A stretch of 64,000 bases of DNA from contig OZ251539.1 of the NCBI GenBank assembly GCA_965243135.1, forward strand, positions 3,424,001-3,488,000. Direction: 5' to 3'. The translations under genes were made by a program, and so were the position numbers. Below are positions 31,250 to 40,704 of this stretch, in pieces; the first letter of the stretch is position 1, and each line of letters begins with the position of its first letter. The DNA comes from Alphaproteobacteria bacterium. Its GTDB lineage: Bacteria; Pseudomonadota; Alphaproteobacteria; MPNO01; UBA830. Below the pieces are notes generated by a model. It had not been told where the DNA came from. It did no database searches and saw only the letters and a program-made list of their open reading frames with translations.

Positions 31250-32320
31250 GACGCCTGCGCAGAGAGAAGCGCATGTCATCGCACGAACTGCAGTTGCCGC
31301 GGTCGCGGAACGGCTGGCGATCCAAGGGCTGGCCCGTCGGAACCAGCGGCCGTTATGCGCTTGCGCAGCCTGCATGGGAACACCTCGGCCGGACCGTCCA
31401 AGTCGGCCGCCCATCACGGCACTTGTCCACTGCACAAGTCGCCCGACGCCGCGGAACATGTCCACTGCGCAAGTTGACAGGGACCGGATCGCCCAGGCCG
31501 GTGACCAAGTCGACCACCCAACGGGAAGCTTGTTCACTGCACAAGTCGGCGACGGCCGTGCCAACTTGTCCACTGCACAAGTCGCCCGACGCCGCGAACA
31601 TGTCCACTGCGCAAGTTGACAGGGACCGGACCGCCCAGGCCGGTGACCAAGTCGACCACCCAACGGGAAGCTTGTTCACTGCACAAGTCGGCGACGGCCG
31701 TGCCAACTTGTCCACTGCACAAGTCGCCCGACGCCGCGGAACATGTCCACTGCGCAAGTTGACAGGGACCGGACCGCCCAGGCCGGTGATCAAGTCGACC
31801 ACCCAACGGGAAGCTTGTTCACTGCACAAGTCGGCGACGGCCGTGCCAACTTGTCCACTGCACAAGTCGAGGCGCTTACCGAACTGATGGAAATGCACAG
31901 CATGATCTTGGTGCGCTGCAACTTACTGCGCCACCTGACAAACGCTCATGATCGGTGCCTGCTCGCCCCGTAGCATGTAACTGGTGGTTTTGCTGGTGTC
32001 GCGCCGCTCGCCGACATAACCGTTCCGCGTTCGGGCGTCGCGGCGTGAAGACAGGGCTATACGGGGCAGCCCTCAGCGTCACGCTCCTCTCGAACGGCCA
32101 GCGCCGCCGCGAAAAAAATCTCGCGGAACGGTTTTGTGTGGCCGGCAGATTGGGTTAGTTACACAGCAAATAATGGCTGTTCTCGGCGTCGCTAGTCGCA
32201 AGCACTTCAGGAAGCGTTATCCCCGCGCCAGCATCTCCGCCATGGCAAATCTGAAAAGTCTTGAGCGCCCGACCAACGCTATGTCGTCACCCAAGCAGGC
32301 GCTGCACTCAATGTTCGCTG
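31250..32320 (+). pseudogene. Degenerate 3' part of a paralog of the 32967 AlbA/wHTH gene
   Basis: Fragments AAVAERLAIQGL, GRYALAQPAWEHLGRTVQV, NLSTAQVEALTELMEMHSMILVRC and IMAVLGVASRKHFRKRY match the C-terminus of the 32967-34787 protein. Confidence 0.75.
31421..31868 (+). repeat. Nested tandem repeat: three units (143/142/143 bp) plus a terminal core; 10 copies of a 20-bp palindromic core ACTTGTCCACTGCACAAGTC
   Basis: Units start at 31421, 31564 and 31706 with the final core at 31849; core variants ACATGTCCACTGCGCAAGTT and GCTTGTTCACTGCACAAGTC. Confidence 0.93.
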
Positions 32321-32403
32321 ATTCGGACAGGGGTTGAGCAGACGACGCACGGCGCGACAGGGCGAGGTCGAACGCGACCAAGCCGACGAAGCGGCCGTGA
32401 CGG

Positions 32404-32535
32404 ATGCGTTCTTTCGCAGGAGCATGGCGAAGACGGTACGCATGCACGGGTGCGCTCGTCTCCCGGCGGCGCTCGACTGGTGCATCTGCGTATGCTCGAC
32501 GCCGCCGCATCTCTTCGGTACCCGGCCGGCAACGG
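32404..32535 (+). pseudogene. Possible HigB/RelE-like toxin remnant
   Basis: Across frames MRSFA...ARLPAA...LRMLDAAASLRYPAGN resembles the HigB pattern MIRSF...RLP...LxMLDAA.SL.DLR.PPGN. Confidence 0.35.
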
Positions 32536-32739
32536 CGGGCGAACGTTCGGGTGTCGATCTAGCAACGTAAACGGCGATCACGTTCGTGGTTCATTCGATA
32601 ACGGAAAGCTGCTATATTTACATGGTCGCCCATGCTGTGCATTTTCGCATGATGGCGAGAGCCGTGCCGTAGGAGTTCGGAAAGACCATGACGACCGACC
32701 ACTGGTTGGATAGCGGCAAGACGAGCCAGCGAGACGTTC

Positions 32740-32960
32740 GGGGAAATGGCGCAACGCGGCGGCTCTCCGAGCGGGTGATCGAGATGATTGAGCGAGTGGG
32801 AAGCCGCTACCACCGGCTTGTCCTGGTCAAAGTGGCACCGACCGCCGACAAGATGCGGGCGGCCCTCCTCGACAGTGGATCGCCTGCCAGCTCTGGACGC
32901 TGCCCGGGCGGGCTCGCCAAGCGGAGGGAGCCGGACAAGGTCCAGCTGCTGCTGGAGTAG
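32740..32960 (+). pseudogene. Fused remnant of BREX-3 brxF (N-terminus) and brxC/DUF6079 (C-terminus)
   Basis: LSERVIEMIERVGSRYHRLVLV resembles the BrxF start; LVKV...MRAALLDSGSPA...LAKRREPDKVQLLLE* resembles the BrxC end; lies upstream of pglXI and pglZ. Confidence 0.65.
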
Positions 32961-32966
32961 GAGGCG

Positions 32967-34787
32967 ATGGAGCGTGAAGAACTCATCCGACGCATCGATG
33001 GGTATGAATGGAATGATATCGAGTTCAAGGAGGCGCGACGTGGCGTCCCGAAGAACGCCTACGAAACGGTTTCCGCCTTCGCGAACACCAAGGGAGGCTG
33101 GCTGGTCTTCGGCGTCCAGGACAATGTGGACGGTTTCGAGATTGTCGGCGTCCTAGAGGTAGACAAAGTTCAAAACGACTTTCTGAGCGTCCTCCGCTCC
33201 GGTCAGAAGCTGAACTGTGTTGTAAATGCTGACGAAAAGCTGATCGAGAACGACGGTAGGACGCTTCTCGTTTTTCATATCCCCGAGGCGCGTCGCCAAG
33301 ACAAGCCGATTTATCTCAATGGTGATATCACAAGATCATTCATCCGCCGCGGTGCCAGCGACGAGCGCTGCACGCTGCCAGAGATCGAGCGGATGCTGCG
33401 CGACGCCTCGGACGAACGCTATGAAGGGAAAATCGTCGACCTCGATCCCGAACGATGCTTCGACGACGAGTCCCTGCGGTGGTATCGAAAGCGGTTCGAG
33501 GAGCGGATTACAGATCAAGACGACTCGTTGTCGAATTTGGAGTTCCTGCAACATTGGGGACTCGTCGTCGAAGCCAATGGCAAGCTTTTGCCGAAACTCG
33601 CGGCGATCCTTCTGTTTGGTGCCAACCCCTCGTTTCGCCAAATACTGCCCCGCCCCGTCGTGGACTGCCAATGGTATCGCGGCGACTGGTCGAAAGATTT
33701 GCCGGAGGAGCGCTGGGCCAACCGTCTGGTGATCGAGACCAACCTTGTGAAGACATGGAGGGCGCTCATAAACGACTATCTGCAGCGTGCGGAAAAGCCC
33801 TTCTCCGTCGACCCCGAAACCCTTCAGCGGCAAGACCGACCGCCAGATTACGTTGCCTTTCGAGAAGCCGCAATAAACTTGTTGATTCATCAAGACTACG
33901 CCGACCACAGGTGCAAGCCTGTGATCCGGTTCTTCGACAACCTCACGCTGCTGTGGAACCCAGGTGACGCCTTCGCATCAACAGAGGAACTCATGAACCC
34001 CGGGGAACGGGAAGTTCGCAACCCCATGATCGTCGCTGCCTTCCGCCGTGTTGGTTTAAGCGAGCAGGCGGGAACCGGCATTCGCGCGATTTTCGCCATC
34101 TGGCGGCGGCTCGGACGCGTTCCACCAGTCGTCGAAAACGATAGGACGCGAAAAGCTTTCCAGCTGACCCTCTTTAAGGATGAACTCCTGTCCGAAGAAC
34201 AGATGTTGTTCCAAGCCGGCCTCGGTGTCCACCTTGACGAGACCGAGGCCAAGGCATTCGCCTTCGTTTGTCGGAAAAGGAAAGCGACTCGTTCGCAACT
34301 TAGAGACGTGACTGGGCTCTCCGAGCCGGACACCGCCGCGGTTGCAGAGCGGCTAGCAGCCCAGAAGCTGATCGAGCTTGCCGAAAACGGTGGTCGTTAC
34401 GCGCTTGCAGATCCCGTGAGGGAGCGCCTCGACCGAACCGATCAAGTCGGTGACCGAGTCGACGCGAACGGCATTGGCTTAGCCACTAACTCCGTCGACC
34501 ACACATCGGGGAACTTGTCCACCACACAAGTCGAACCGCTGACCGAGCTGTCGGAGACACATTGGATGATCGTGGAGCACTGCGATGTACCGCGCCGCCT
34601 GACGGAAATAATGGCCGCCCTTGGCGTCGCCAATCGCGGTCACTTCAAAAAACATTATCTGGATCCTTTGATCCACGCTGGCATCGTGGCCATGACGAAC
34701 CCCGAAAAGCCACGGGCGCCCGACCAACGCTACGTCGTCACCGACGCGGGCGCCGCACTCAAGGCCCGCCATGCGCACGGGAACTGA
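32967..34787 (+). CDS. AlbA_2 (Schlafen-like) + HATPase_c_4-like + C-terminal winged-HTH protein
   Basis: EWNDIEFKEA, SAFANTKGGWLVFGV, FREAAINLLIHQDY, RNPMIVAAF, EQAGTGI, YLDPLI...PEKPRAPDQRY; GGAGG RBS. Confidence 0.88.
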   Translation: MEREELIRRIDGYEWNDIEFKEARRGVPKNAYETVSAFANTKGGWLVFGVQDNVDGFEIVGVLEVDKVQNDFLSVLRSGQKLNCVVNADEKLIENDGRTLLVFHIPEARRQDKPIYLNGDITRSFIRRGASDERCTLPEIERMLRDASDERYEGKIVDLDPERCFDDESLRWYRKRFEERITDQDDSLSNLEFLQHWGLVVEANGKLLPKLAAILLFGANPSFRQILPRPVVDCQWYRGDWSKDLPEERWANRLVIETNLVKTWRALINDYLQRAEKPFSVDPETLQRQDRPPDYVAFREAAINLLIHQDYADHRCKPVIRFFDNLTLLWNPGDAFASTEELMNPGEREVRNPMIVAAFRRVGLSEQAGTGIRAIFAIWRRLGRVPPVVENDRTRKAFQLTLFKDELLSEEQMLFQAGLGVHLDETEAKAFAFVCRKRKATRSQLRDVTGLSEPDTAAVAERLAAQKLIELAENGGRYALADPVRERLDRTDQVGDRVDANGIGLATNSVDHTSGNLSTTQVEPLTELSETHWMIVEHCDVPRRLTEIMAALGVANRGHFKKHYLDPLIHAGIVAMTNPEKPRAPDQRYVVTDAGAALKARHAHGN

Positions 34788-34791
34788 CCGG

Positions 34792-37785
34792 ATGGCGCGA
34801 AGCAAAGCGGACCGCCGGACCGGTCGGCTGTTCAGGCATCCTTCGGGGCAGAGCGAAATGTTCGAGAAGTCCCGCGAGGAGTTGGCGAACGCCGAGCGCA
34901 GGCCGCCGGTGGAATGCCTAGGGCTGACCTTCGAGGACGAAGACGCCCGCCGCGCCCATTTTCTCGCCGAACTCCAGAAAGGGCTGGAGGACCTGCATGC
35001 CAAACTCGCTGGCGTTCCCTTTTCCAGCGTCGACGACGCGACAGCTCGCATGGCGGCGATAGAACACTGGCCAATGGGCAACGAAGCGCATCTTCGCGCC
35101 CTTGCCGAGCATATGGCGCACGCCGAACAGTCTAGGGACCTGTTGCAACGCTGGAAGGACGAGGTCGGGTTTCCCGACGGCGCGATCGACGACATCTTGG
35201 CTCTTTCCGACCCGCCTTGGCACACTGCCTGTCCGAACCCATTCTTGGGCGCGTTCGTTGAGACGCACGGCAGATCCTACGATCCGGCCGAGGATTATCG
35301 CCGCAAGCCCTTCGCGGTCGATGTCAGCGAAGGCAAGACCCACCCCATCTATCGGGCCCACGGCTATCATACCAAAGTGCCGCATCTGGCGATCGTGCCC
35401 CTGATTCTCCATTACACGGAGCCCGGCGATCTGGTGTTGGACGGGTTCGCCGGCTCCGGGATGGCCGGCGTCGCCGCGCAGTGGTGCGGAACCGCGCCTG
35501 ACAGTTACCGGAAAACCCTGGAAACGCAGTGGACAGCGGAGGGATTCGGCAAACCAAAATGGGGCACTCGGCGTGCGATCCTGAACGACTTGTCTCCAGC
35601 CGCTGGCTTCATCGCTGCCAATTACACCCTGCCCTTCGACATCGATACCTTCGCCGAGGCCGCCTGTGCGCTGCTCGACGAGGTAGAGGAAGAGTTCGGT
35701 TGGATGTACCAGACCAAGCACATCGACGGGAAGACCAAAGGACGGATCGACTACACCGTCTGGAGCGAGGTGTTCTCCTGCCCCGAATGTGCAGAGGAGG
35801 TCGTCTTTGTCGACCACGCTTTGGATGAGAGAACGGGTCGCGTAAAGGATGTATTTTCCTGCCCGCATTGTAATTGCGAGCTTACCAAGCGACGATTGGA
35901 GCGCCTTTACGAATTACACTTCGATCCGTCCACCGACTCAACAATCCGAATTCCAAAGCGTAAGCCGGTTCTGGTGGCTTACTCATTAAGTGGAGTGGCA
36001 TACAGAAAGAAGGTGGACGCCTATGATTCGAAAACTCTCGAACGGATCGCCCAGCTACCCTTGCCTCTGGAAGTGCCGATCGATCCGATCCCCCCCATGC
36101 ATATGACACACCAACACGCTCGCATGGACCACTTTGGAATTAGCCATATTCACCACTTCTTCCTGCCCCGCGCAGCGCACACCCTAGCGGCGATGTGGCG
36201 TCGGGCCAACGCTCACCCCGATTCCCGCGTTCGCCGTATGCTCCTTTACTTCGTCGAGCAGGCCATCTGGGGAATGTCGATTCTCAACCGTTATGGCCCC
36301 ACTCACTATTCGCAAGTCAACCGTCAACTCACTGGCGTCTACTATGTCGCGTCGCAAATTTCCGAGGTTTCTCCCCGATACAATCTTGGGAATAAGCTGG
36401 CCCAGCTGACCAGGGCGTTCGATGGAGAAAGCGCCCAGCGAACGTCTTCATGTATCGTGACCTTGGGCACAACCACATATCTGGGGATTCCCGATAACTC
36501 TGTCGACTACATCTTCACCGATCCGCCGTTCGGCGAAAACATCTACTACGCGGATCTCAACTTCTTGGTCGAATCTTGGCATCGCGTGCTGACCAACGCC
36601 GCCCCGGAAGCCATCGTCGACCGCTTCAAGGGCAAGGACCTGCCCGAGTACCAGCGACTGATGCAGCGCTGCTTCGAGGAATATGGGCGCGTGCTCAAGC
36701 CAGGACATTGGATCACCGTCGCCTTCCACAACTCCCGCAACGCCGTCTGGACTGCGATCCAGGAAGCTTTGCTCACGGCCGGTTTCATCGTCGCCGATGT
36801 GCGCACGATGGACAAGCAACAAGGCTTGTTCAAACAGGTCACCAGCACTGCGGTCAAGCAGGATCTTGTGATCTCCGCCTACAAACCCAACGACGGTCTG
36901 GAGGAACGCTTCGCCCTTGAGCAGGGAGCCGAGGACGGCGTTTGGGATTTCGTCCGTACCCATCTCGGCCAGCTTCCCGTATTCGTTCGCAAGGATGGCT
37001 GCGTGGAGATCGTCGCAGAACGCCAGCCGTATATGCTTTTCGACCGCATGGTGGCCTTCCACGTGCTGCGCAACGTGACCGTCCCGCTCTCGATTGGCGA
37101 GTTCCTTTCTGGCGTCGCTCGGCGCTTCCCCGAACGCGACAGCATGGCGTTCCTCCCCGATCAGGTCGCCGAATACGACAGGAAGCGCACGGCGGTCGAG
37201 GACGTGGCGCAGCTCGAAATCTTCGTCGTCGACGAAGCCTCGGCTATCCAGTGGCTCAAGCGGCATCTGGGACGGAAGCCGCAGAGCTTCCAGGATGTCC
37301 ACCCGCAATTCCTGCGCGAGGTCGCTAGCTGGCGGAAACACGAAAAATTGCCCAAGCTTTCCGAAATGCTGGAGCAGAACTTCCTGCGCTACGATGGCGT
37401 AGTTGAAGTCCCCAGCCAAATCCATGGTTACCTCTCCACCAACTTCAAGGAACTGCGCAATCTCGCCAAGGACCACCCGGCCTTGCGCAACAAGGCGAAG
37501 CACCGCTGGTACGTCCCCGACCCCAACAAGGCGGCCGATATGGAGAAACGCCGCACCAGCGCCTTGCTGCGCGAGTTCGAGGAATACCGCCACTCCCCGC
37601 AAAAGCGACTCAAGCTCTTCCGCCTCGAGGCCATGCGCGCCGGTTTCTTCAAGGCCTACCAAGACCAAGATTACGACACCATCAAGAAGGTCGCGGAAAA
37701 AATCCCGGAAACCGTTCTTCAGGAAGACCCTAAGCTCCTGTTCTGGTACGATCAGGCGCTAATTCGCACGGGAGCAGCAGTATGA
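34792..37785 (+). CDS. BREX type 3 PglXI-like DNA amino-methyltransferase (alternative start 34771)
   Basis: HGYHTKVPH, VLDGFAGSGM (SAM-binding), CPEC/CPHC, YIFTDPPFG (catalytic), KQDLVISAYKP, QEDPKLLFWYDQA; position before pglZ. Confidence 0.87.
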   Translation: MARSKADRRTGRLFRHPSGQSEMFEKSREELANAERRPPVECLGLTFEDEDARRAHFLAELQKGLEDLHAKLAGVPFSSVDDATARMAAIEHWPMGNEAHLRALAEHMAHAEQSRDLLQRWKDEVGFPDGAIDDILALSDPPWHTACPNPFLGAFVETHGRSYDPAEDYRRKPFAVDVSEGKTHPIYRAHGYHTKVPHLAIVPLILHYTEPGDLVLDGFAGSGMAGVAAQWCGTAPDSYRKTLETQWTAEGFGKPKWGTRRAILNDLSPAAGFIAANYTLPFDIDTFAEAACALLDEVEEEFGWMYQTKHIDGKTKGRIDYTVWSEVFSCPECAEEVVFVDHALDERTGRVKDVFSCPHCNCELTKRRLERLYELHFDPSTDSTIRIPKRKPVLVAYSLSGVAYRKKVDAYDSKTLERIAQLPLPLEVPIDPIPPMHMTHQHARMDHFGISHIHHFFLPRAAHTLAAMWRRANAHPDSRVRRMLLYFVEQAIWGMSILNRYGPTHYSQVNRQLTGVYYVASQISEVSPRYNLGNKLAQLTRAFDGESAQRTSSCIVTLGTTTYLGIPDNSVDYIFTDPPFGENIYYADLNFLVESWHRVLTNAAPEAIVDRFKGKDLPEYQRLMQRCFEEYGRVLKPGHWITVAFHNSRNAVWTAIQEALLTAGFIVADVRTMDKQQGLFKQVTSTAVKQDLVISAYKPNDGLEERFALEQGAEDGVWDFVRTHLGQLPVFVRKDGCVEIVAERQPYMLFDRMVAFHVLRNVTVPLSIGEFLSGVARRFPERDSMAFLPDQVAEYDRKRTAVEDVAQLEIFVVDEASAIQWLKRHLGRKPQSFQDVHPQFLREVASWRKHEKLPKLSEMLEQNFLRYDGVVEVPSQIHGYLSTNFKELRNLAKDHPALRNKAKHRWYVPDPNKAADMEKRRTSALLREFEEYRHSPQKRLKLFRLEAMRAGFFKAYQDQDYDTIKKVAEKIPETVLQEDPKLLFWYDQALIRTGAAV

Positions 37786-38798
37786 CGATCACGAGAGTGA
37801 AGCTGGAGCGGTTCACGGCCTTCGAATCGTTCGACTTCAAGCCGTCGCTTGGAATCAACGTCCTCGTCGGCGCAAACGGGACTGGCAAGACACATCTCAT
37901 GAAGGTTGCCTACGCGGCTTGCGACGTCAGCAAGACAGGGGTCGGATTCGCGGAGAAGCTCGTCCGGGTCTTCATGCCGTCCAACGATGGTATCGGGCGC
38001 CTCGTCAAACGACGCAAGGGAAGTTCGGAATGCAACGTCGTGGTTTCCCGTGGTCGGCAGCAACTGCAGGCTTCGTTCTCCGATCATGCAGTTGTCGCGG
38101 CTTCGGCCAAGGTCACGGAAACGAAGGCGTGGCAGGCCGATCCGGTTGAGAGCGTCTATATCCCGGTGAAGGAGATGCTCGCCAACGCGCCCGGGTTTCT
38201 GTCTCTCTATGATCAACGTGATATTCAATTTGAAGAAATTTACAAAGACATTCTCGTTCACGCATACCGGCCGCCTTTGCGTGAACCAGCCCCTGCCGAG
38301 CGCAAGAAATTACTCATCGTTCTACAGAAAGCAATTGATGGAAAAGTCAGCGCGAAAAACGAAGAGTTCTTTCTTCGCAACAAGCAAGGAAATCTGGAGT
38401 TCTCGTTGCTCGCCGAAGGGATGCGCAAGCTCGGCCTCTTGTGGCTGTTGATCCAGAATGGAACGCTGCCTGAAGGCTCCGTGCTGTTCTGGGACGAACC
38501 GGAAACCAACCTCAATCCCAAGCTGTTCGGAACAGTGATCGAAGTCCTGCTGGAGCTCCAACGCTTGGGGGTTCAGATATTTATCGGTACCCACGATTAT
38601 GGCATACTCAAGGAGCTGGATTTACAAAAGAAGAAAGAGGACGATCTCACATTCCATGCCTTCTTTCGCGAGAATGGAGAGATCGCCTGCAAGCCGGTCA
38701 ATACTTACCATTCTATCCATCCCAACGCCATCGCCGAAGCCTTCGCCGACCAGTATGACCGCGAGGTCCAGCGCGCTCTGTCGGGAAGTGAAAAATGA
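37782..38798 (+). CDS. ABC-type (AAA_15/AAA_21-like) ATPase
   Basis: Walker A GANGTGKT, signature LAEGMRK, Walker B VLFWDEPETNLNP, H-loop GTHD. Confidence 0.9.
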   Translation: MTITRVKLERFTAFESFDFKPSLGINVLVGANGTGKTHLMKVAYAACDVSKTGVGFAEKLVRVFMPSNDGIGRLVKRRKGSSECNVVVSRGRQQLQASFSDHAVVAASAKVTETKAWQADPVESVYIPVKEMLANAPGFLSLYDQRDIQFEEIYKDILVHAYRPPLREPAPAERKKLLIVLQKAIDGKVSAKNEEFFLRNKQGNLEFSLLAEGMRKLGLLWLLIQNGTLPEGSVLFWDEPETNLNPKLFGTVIEVLLELQRLGVQIFIGTHDYGILKELDLQKKKEDDLTFHAFFRENGEIACKPVNTYHSIHPNAIAEAFADQYDREVQRALSGSEK

Positions 38799-39301
38799 AG
38801 GAGTTCACCGAGGGAAATCTTCGGATCACGTTTCCCCGCACGGTAAACGCACGAAAATTTGACGAGCCCGCGACGCATGGCTTGTCCAACTGCATGAAGG
38901 CCGTGGATTTCATCGTTGAGGATGATGATCGGATATCGTTCATCGAAATCAAAAATCCAGACCACCCGCGTGCAAAACAAGCCAATAGAAAAAAATTCAT
39001 CGACGAGTTTTTTTCCGGACGTCTAGATGAAGACTTGAAGTACAAATATCGAGATTCTTTCCTTTATCAATGGGCAACTCACGGAGTTGAAAAACCCGTC
39101 AATTATTGGGTCATTATCGCCTTGGACACGCTGACGGAACGTCAACTCAGTATGAGAACGGACGACTTGAAAAACAAGCTTCCCCTGAACGGACCGCCAT
39201 CCGGAGAATGGACGCGGCCGATCGCTGCAGACTGCATGGTGTTCAACGTCCAGACATGGAACAAATACCAGCGGCGCTTCCCGTTGTCGCGCATTCAATA
39301 G
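38795..39301 (+). CDS. Hypothetical protein, probable PD-(D/E)xK nuclease fold
   Basis: AVDFIVE...ISFIEIKNPD motif; ATGA overlap with the ATPase gene. Confidence 0.7.
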   Translation: MKEFTEGNLRITFPRTVNARKFDEPATHGLSNCMKAVDFIVEDDDRISFIEIKNPDHPRAKQANRKKFIDEFFSGRLDEDLKYKYRDSFLYQWATHGVEKPVNYWVIIALDTLTERQLSMRTDDLKNKLPLNGPPSGEWTRPIAADCMVFNVQTWNKYQRRFPLSRIQ

Positions 39302-39320
39302 CAACCGGGGAGTGTGTCCG

Positions 39321-40455
39321 GTGTCCGACTGGCGCGACCGGATTCTGAAAAAGTTCACGCCGGGCAGTGCGCATCTCACTCTGGCGGCCGATCCTGATGG
39401 ACTGCTGCTGGAAGCGGCGCTTCACGAAACTCTTCGCGAGCGGCGGTTCGAGATCGTCACTTTTGAAGACTCCGTCGCCTTCCGTTTCGACTACGAATCG
39501 CGCTTCCGGTCGCGGCAGGATCGGAGCGAAGACAGCAGCCCTGAAGTCGTCGTGCGAACCGCAAGCCTGGATCTGTCGACGTTTCCCCACGACCTGCTGC
39601 AAACTAGCCGGTCGATTTCCTTCGGCTTGAGCGACCTGTTTCCCAACCTCAACTATCTGATCGTCGCAGCGCTTGACCGAAGCGATCTCGAAGCGCTCCA
39701 CCGTGCACAGGAGCGGTACAAGCCGGTCTAGATCGGAGCCGACGCGACCAAGGATTTTGCGCTGCGGCAGGTTTTCGATATCATGCCCGAGCTCGTCAAG
39801 AATCCGTCCGACCTGTTGCGCGTACTGCTGCGCCGACACTACCTAAGGCGGCGTTTACCGCGCCTCTTTGACGACCGCCTAGCGTGGCTGCTACGATAAG
39901 CTGGCACCTTCGTCTCCTGGCCGGTGGAAACGTCATCCCGAACCGGGACGCCTTCCTTCGGGAACGCTGGCCTCTGTTTCTCGATCGCCTCGCCTGCACC
40001 CAGACAACCGTCTCCTTGCACGACGCGGAAAAGAAGCTCACTTTCGAGATCGAGGGGCCAACGGAACTGCCCTTCGAACACGATGATGTCCGCGTCTATA
40101 TCGACAACCTGTTCGTCGAAGGGATACTGCGCCGTCGCCCACGATTCCGGCAACGCACTCCGCGGCGAATGGGCGGCGATCGGGATTCGCGTCGACGCAG
40201 GCACCGACAGGTTGCGCCGCCTTCGCGGACTCATGGAAACCGTTGGCGATACGATCCCCGGCGCAGAGGTGCACCACCGGGACTGGTTCACGTTCGCATG
40301 GCGCTGGGCTGAACTCCATCTTGTCTTGTTGCAGACCGCCGCCGACGCGAGGATGGGTATGGATGGAAAAGCGCCGAGCTTCGCGCGAAAGTGGACCGAG
40401 CCTTCTTCGAATGGGTCGAACGGCGCTACGCGGGACTCCACAACCAGCCGCCGAC
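39321..40455 (+). pseudogene. pglZ: BREX-3 PglZ, N-terminal part, with stops, frameshifts and truncation
   Basis: SDWRDRILKKFTP..LTLAADPDGLLLE, FRFDYESRFR, DLFPNLNY; TAG at 39729 followed by ATKDFALRQVF..PSDLLRVLLRRHY, TAA at ~39897, ERWPLFL, LPFEHDDVRVYIDNLF, RYAGLHNQPP in shifting frames. Confidence 0.85.
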
Positions 40456-40704
40456 CTCGAACGGATCGAAGAGCCCGACCCCCACCCCGACCTGTCTTGG
40501 CTCGATCCGGACGCCAGCCCCGCCGAGGCCAACGCCGGTCGCCTCGCAGCCTGCCGCGCCGACGAGTGGCGTTGCGCGCGGACCGCTTTCCTCGTCGACC
40601 TCGGTCACGGGGGCATGGTCCGGACCGTCGAGAACCCCGGCCCGTGGGGCGGCGACCCGGAGCGTCCCGACCGGGCGTGCGCCGAGGAGGCGCAAACCCT
40701 CGCG

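Noticed and set aside
31421-31868. CRISPR array
   Set aside because: The intervening sequences recur with a ~143-bp period rather than being unique, are only ~15 bp in most gaps, the core encodes a peptide found in the neighbouring gene, and there are no cas genes in the window.
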